Part shown: piece by piece, positions 13,622-14,643 of the stretch
Layout of the letters: the number at the start of each line of letters is the position of its first letter
How positions within the stretch are numbered: position 1 is the first letter of the stretch
Origin: Promethearchaeota archaeon
GTDB lineage: Archaea > Asgardarchaeota > Thorarchaeia > Thorarchaeales > Thorarchaeaceae
DNA length: 14,643 bases
Reading direction: 5' to 3'
Assembly: GCA_014728035.1 (NCBI GenBank)
Contig: WJMJ01000061.1
Location: 1 to 14,643, forward strand
Made by a program: the position numbers and the translations under genes
Notes under the pieces: model-generated
What the model was told of the DNA's origin: nothing
Databases searched by the model: none
What the model saw: only the letters and a program-made list of their open reading frames with translations

Positions 13622-14641
13622 CTATTCTCTAACTCCTCCTCCGACCGTTCTACGAAAAAACGATTCTGTAACTGGAAGTGGAACCTTCATTTCTTGATCA
13701 CATTCATCACACGTCACAGATACCGTAGTATCAATACCAGGTGATACTTCATCAAGAAAGTTTCTGATAGTTGAAGTGTCTGTCGAATGCATACGTGACA
13801 CTAGTTGCCTAATTCTGGACTTATCAGTTTCACCCATTGCTTCAACTATAACAAGATTCAAGTTCTTCTCAACCAGGTCATTAATAGATTGAGTTGATTG
13901 AACCTTACGGAATTTCTTCGACAATGAACTCGGTTGCACATTTGTGGGATTAACCAGTTTATTCTGCACTTTTCGACCAGTCATAATATTCTTCATATCG
14001 TAGCGCCTGATCATTCTCACCTTGACTTTGAAATCTTTACCAAAGGTCTGACTCCAATACGGAAGTTTAACTTCGAATGGCTCCTCACCCCTAGAAGTTT
14101 GTGGCTTGGTGATTGTTCCAGCCAATGTGTTCAAATCAAACACACGCGACATTGTGTGTCCACATTCAGGATTACTACACTTCACCACAAATTCATATAG
14201 ATTACCAAAAGTAATACCACGCAAGTAGAATAACAAATAGGTGCTATCGCCAACAAGCAAATTCATCGGATCAAAATCACTGTTGGGGTATCTTACGCAC
14301 TTCTCAAATATTTTGTCTAAAGCCTCGCCCGTGCGTGCCATTCGCATGGTGCTAAGCACCTTTTCAGCAAAAATTCCCATTGGTCTTACCTGCACAACAC
14401 CACCTGGGATTGCACCATCATAATATATGCCTTCACTTGGCAATACCGTAGATTCCCATGGCACAAGCTCATTTTCATCTTTTGATAAAATATAATCAAT
14501 TACTTCCTTATCATCTTTATCGGCTACTTCTTTTGACAAGTCTATCTTGTGTTCGCTAAAATCGTCTAGACTATCTATACTGTCATCGTCTGCAGACTGA
14601 TATTGTTCGACATCTCCATTCATAATTTCTTCATTTTTCAC
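13622..14641 (-). CDS. T4 gp26-like baseplate hub assembly protein (start may lie outside the window)
   Basis: LPSEG.YY, VRPM...EKVL, L..GD..YLL..LRGITFG..Y.F...CSNPECGH...DL, and C-terminal PGIDT..VTCDEC....PLP...SFF are family hallmarks. The track's GTG start lies at the window edge. Confidence 0.85.
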   Translation of the reverse strand: MKNEEIMNGDVEQYQSADDDSIDSLDDFSEHKIDLSKEVADKDDKEVIDYILSKDENELVPWESTVLPSEGIYYDGAIPGGVVQVRPMGIFAEKVLSTMRMARTGEALDKIFEKCVRYPNSDFDPMNLLVGDSTYLLFYLRGITFGNLYEFVVKCSNPECGHTMSRVFDLNTLAGTITKPQTSRGEEPFEVKLPYWSQTFGKDFKVKVRMIRRYDMKNIMTGRKVQNKLVNPTNVQPSSLSKKFRKVQSTQSINDLVEKNLNLVIVEAMGETDKSRIRQLVSRMHSTDTSTIRNFLDEVSPGIDTTVSVTCDECDQEMKVPLPVTESFFRRTVGGGVRE

Positions 14642-14643
14642 GA

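Noticed and set aside
769-14423. Many plus-strand and nested ORFs in the track (e.g. 1139-1483, 8037-8444, 8544-8918, 8997-9311, 11710-12192, 5769-5954)
   Set aside because: They are antisense or alternative-frame shadows of well-supported minus-strand genes. Their Ser/Ile-rich composition mirrors the acidic codons of the real genes.
1-14643. Stop-codon reassignment (TAG or TGA) as seen in some large phages
   Set aside because: Genes are full-length and densely packed under code 11, and TAG and TGA both end genes at sensible positions, including ATGA overlaps.
1-14643. tRNA, rRNA, integrase, transposase, intron or intein
   Set aside because: None recognisable; intergenic gaps are short and no such motifs were seen.

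Overview
Fragment of a large, AT-rich T4-like (myovirus/jumbo-type) phage genome: a virion morphogenesis region with almost all genes on the minus strand. In transcription order (right to left): gp26-like baseplate hub/tail-assembly protein; a gp51-like ORF missing from the ORF track that may be reached by a +1 frameshift; several putative virion proteins; an 899-aa acidic prohead core/scaffold-like protein; a collagen/poly-Ser fibre-like protein; an accessory block (trypsin-like protease, DHH phosphoesterase, LptC-like protein, Cys-rich protein, thioredoxin-like protein); and a T4 gp21-type prohead protease. The protease is followed by four otherwise unrelated genes that all carry the same gapless 27-aa module (consensus x[VI]xx[DE]xx[VI]xx[DG]xxx[FYL][ML][LY]ExGD[KR][IVL]xxE). 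One of them is an encapsulin-cargo-type ferritin-like protein with the module where its cargo-loading peptide would normally be. The most novel candidate system is a portable capsid-targeting tag that loads cargo, including a ferroxidase, into the phage head. A recurring CAAATATA motif (candidate late promoter) and an RBS-sequestering hairpin are also visible. All family calls come from motif recognition by eye; no database searches were run.
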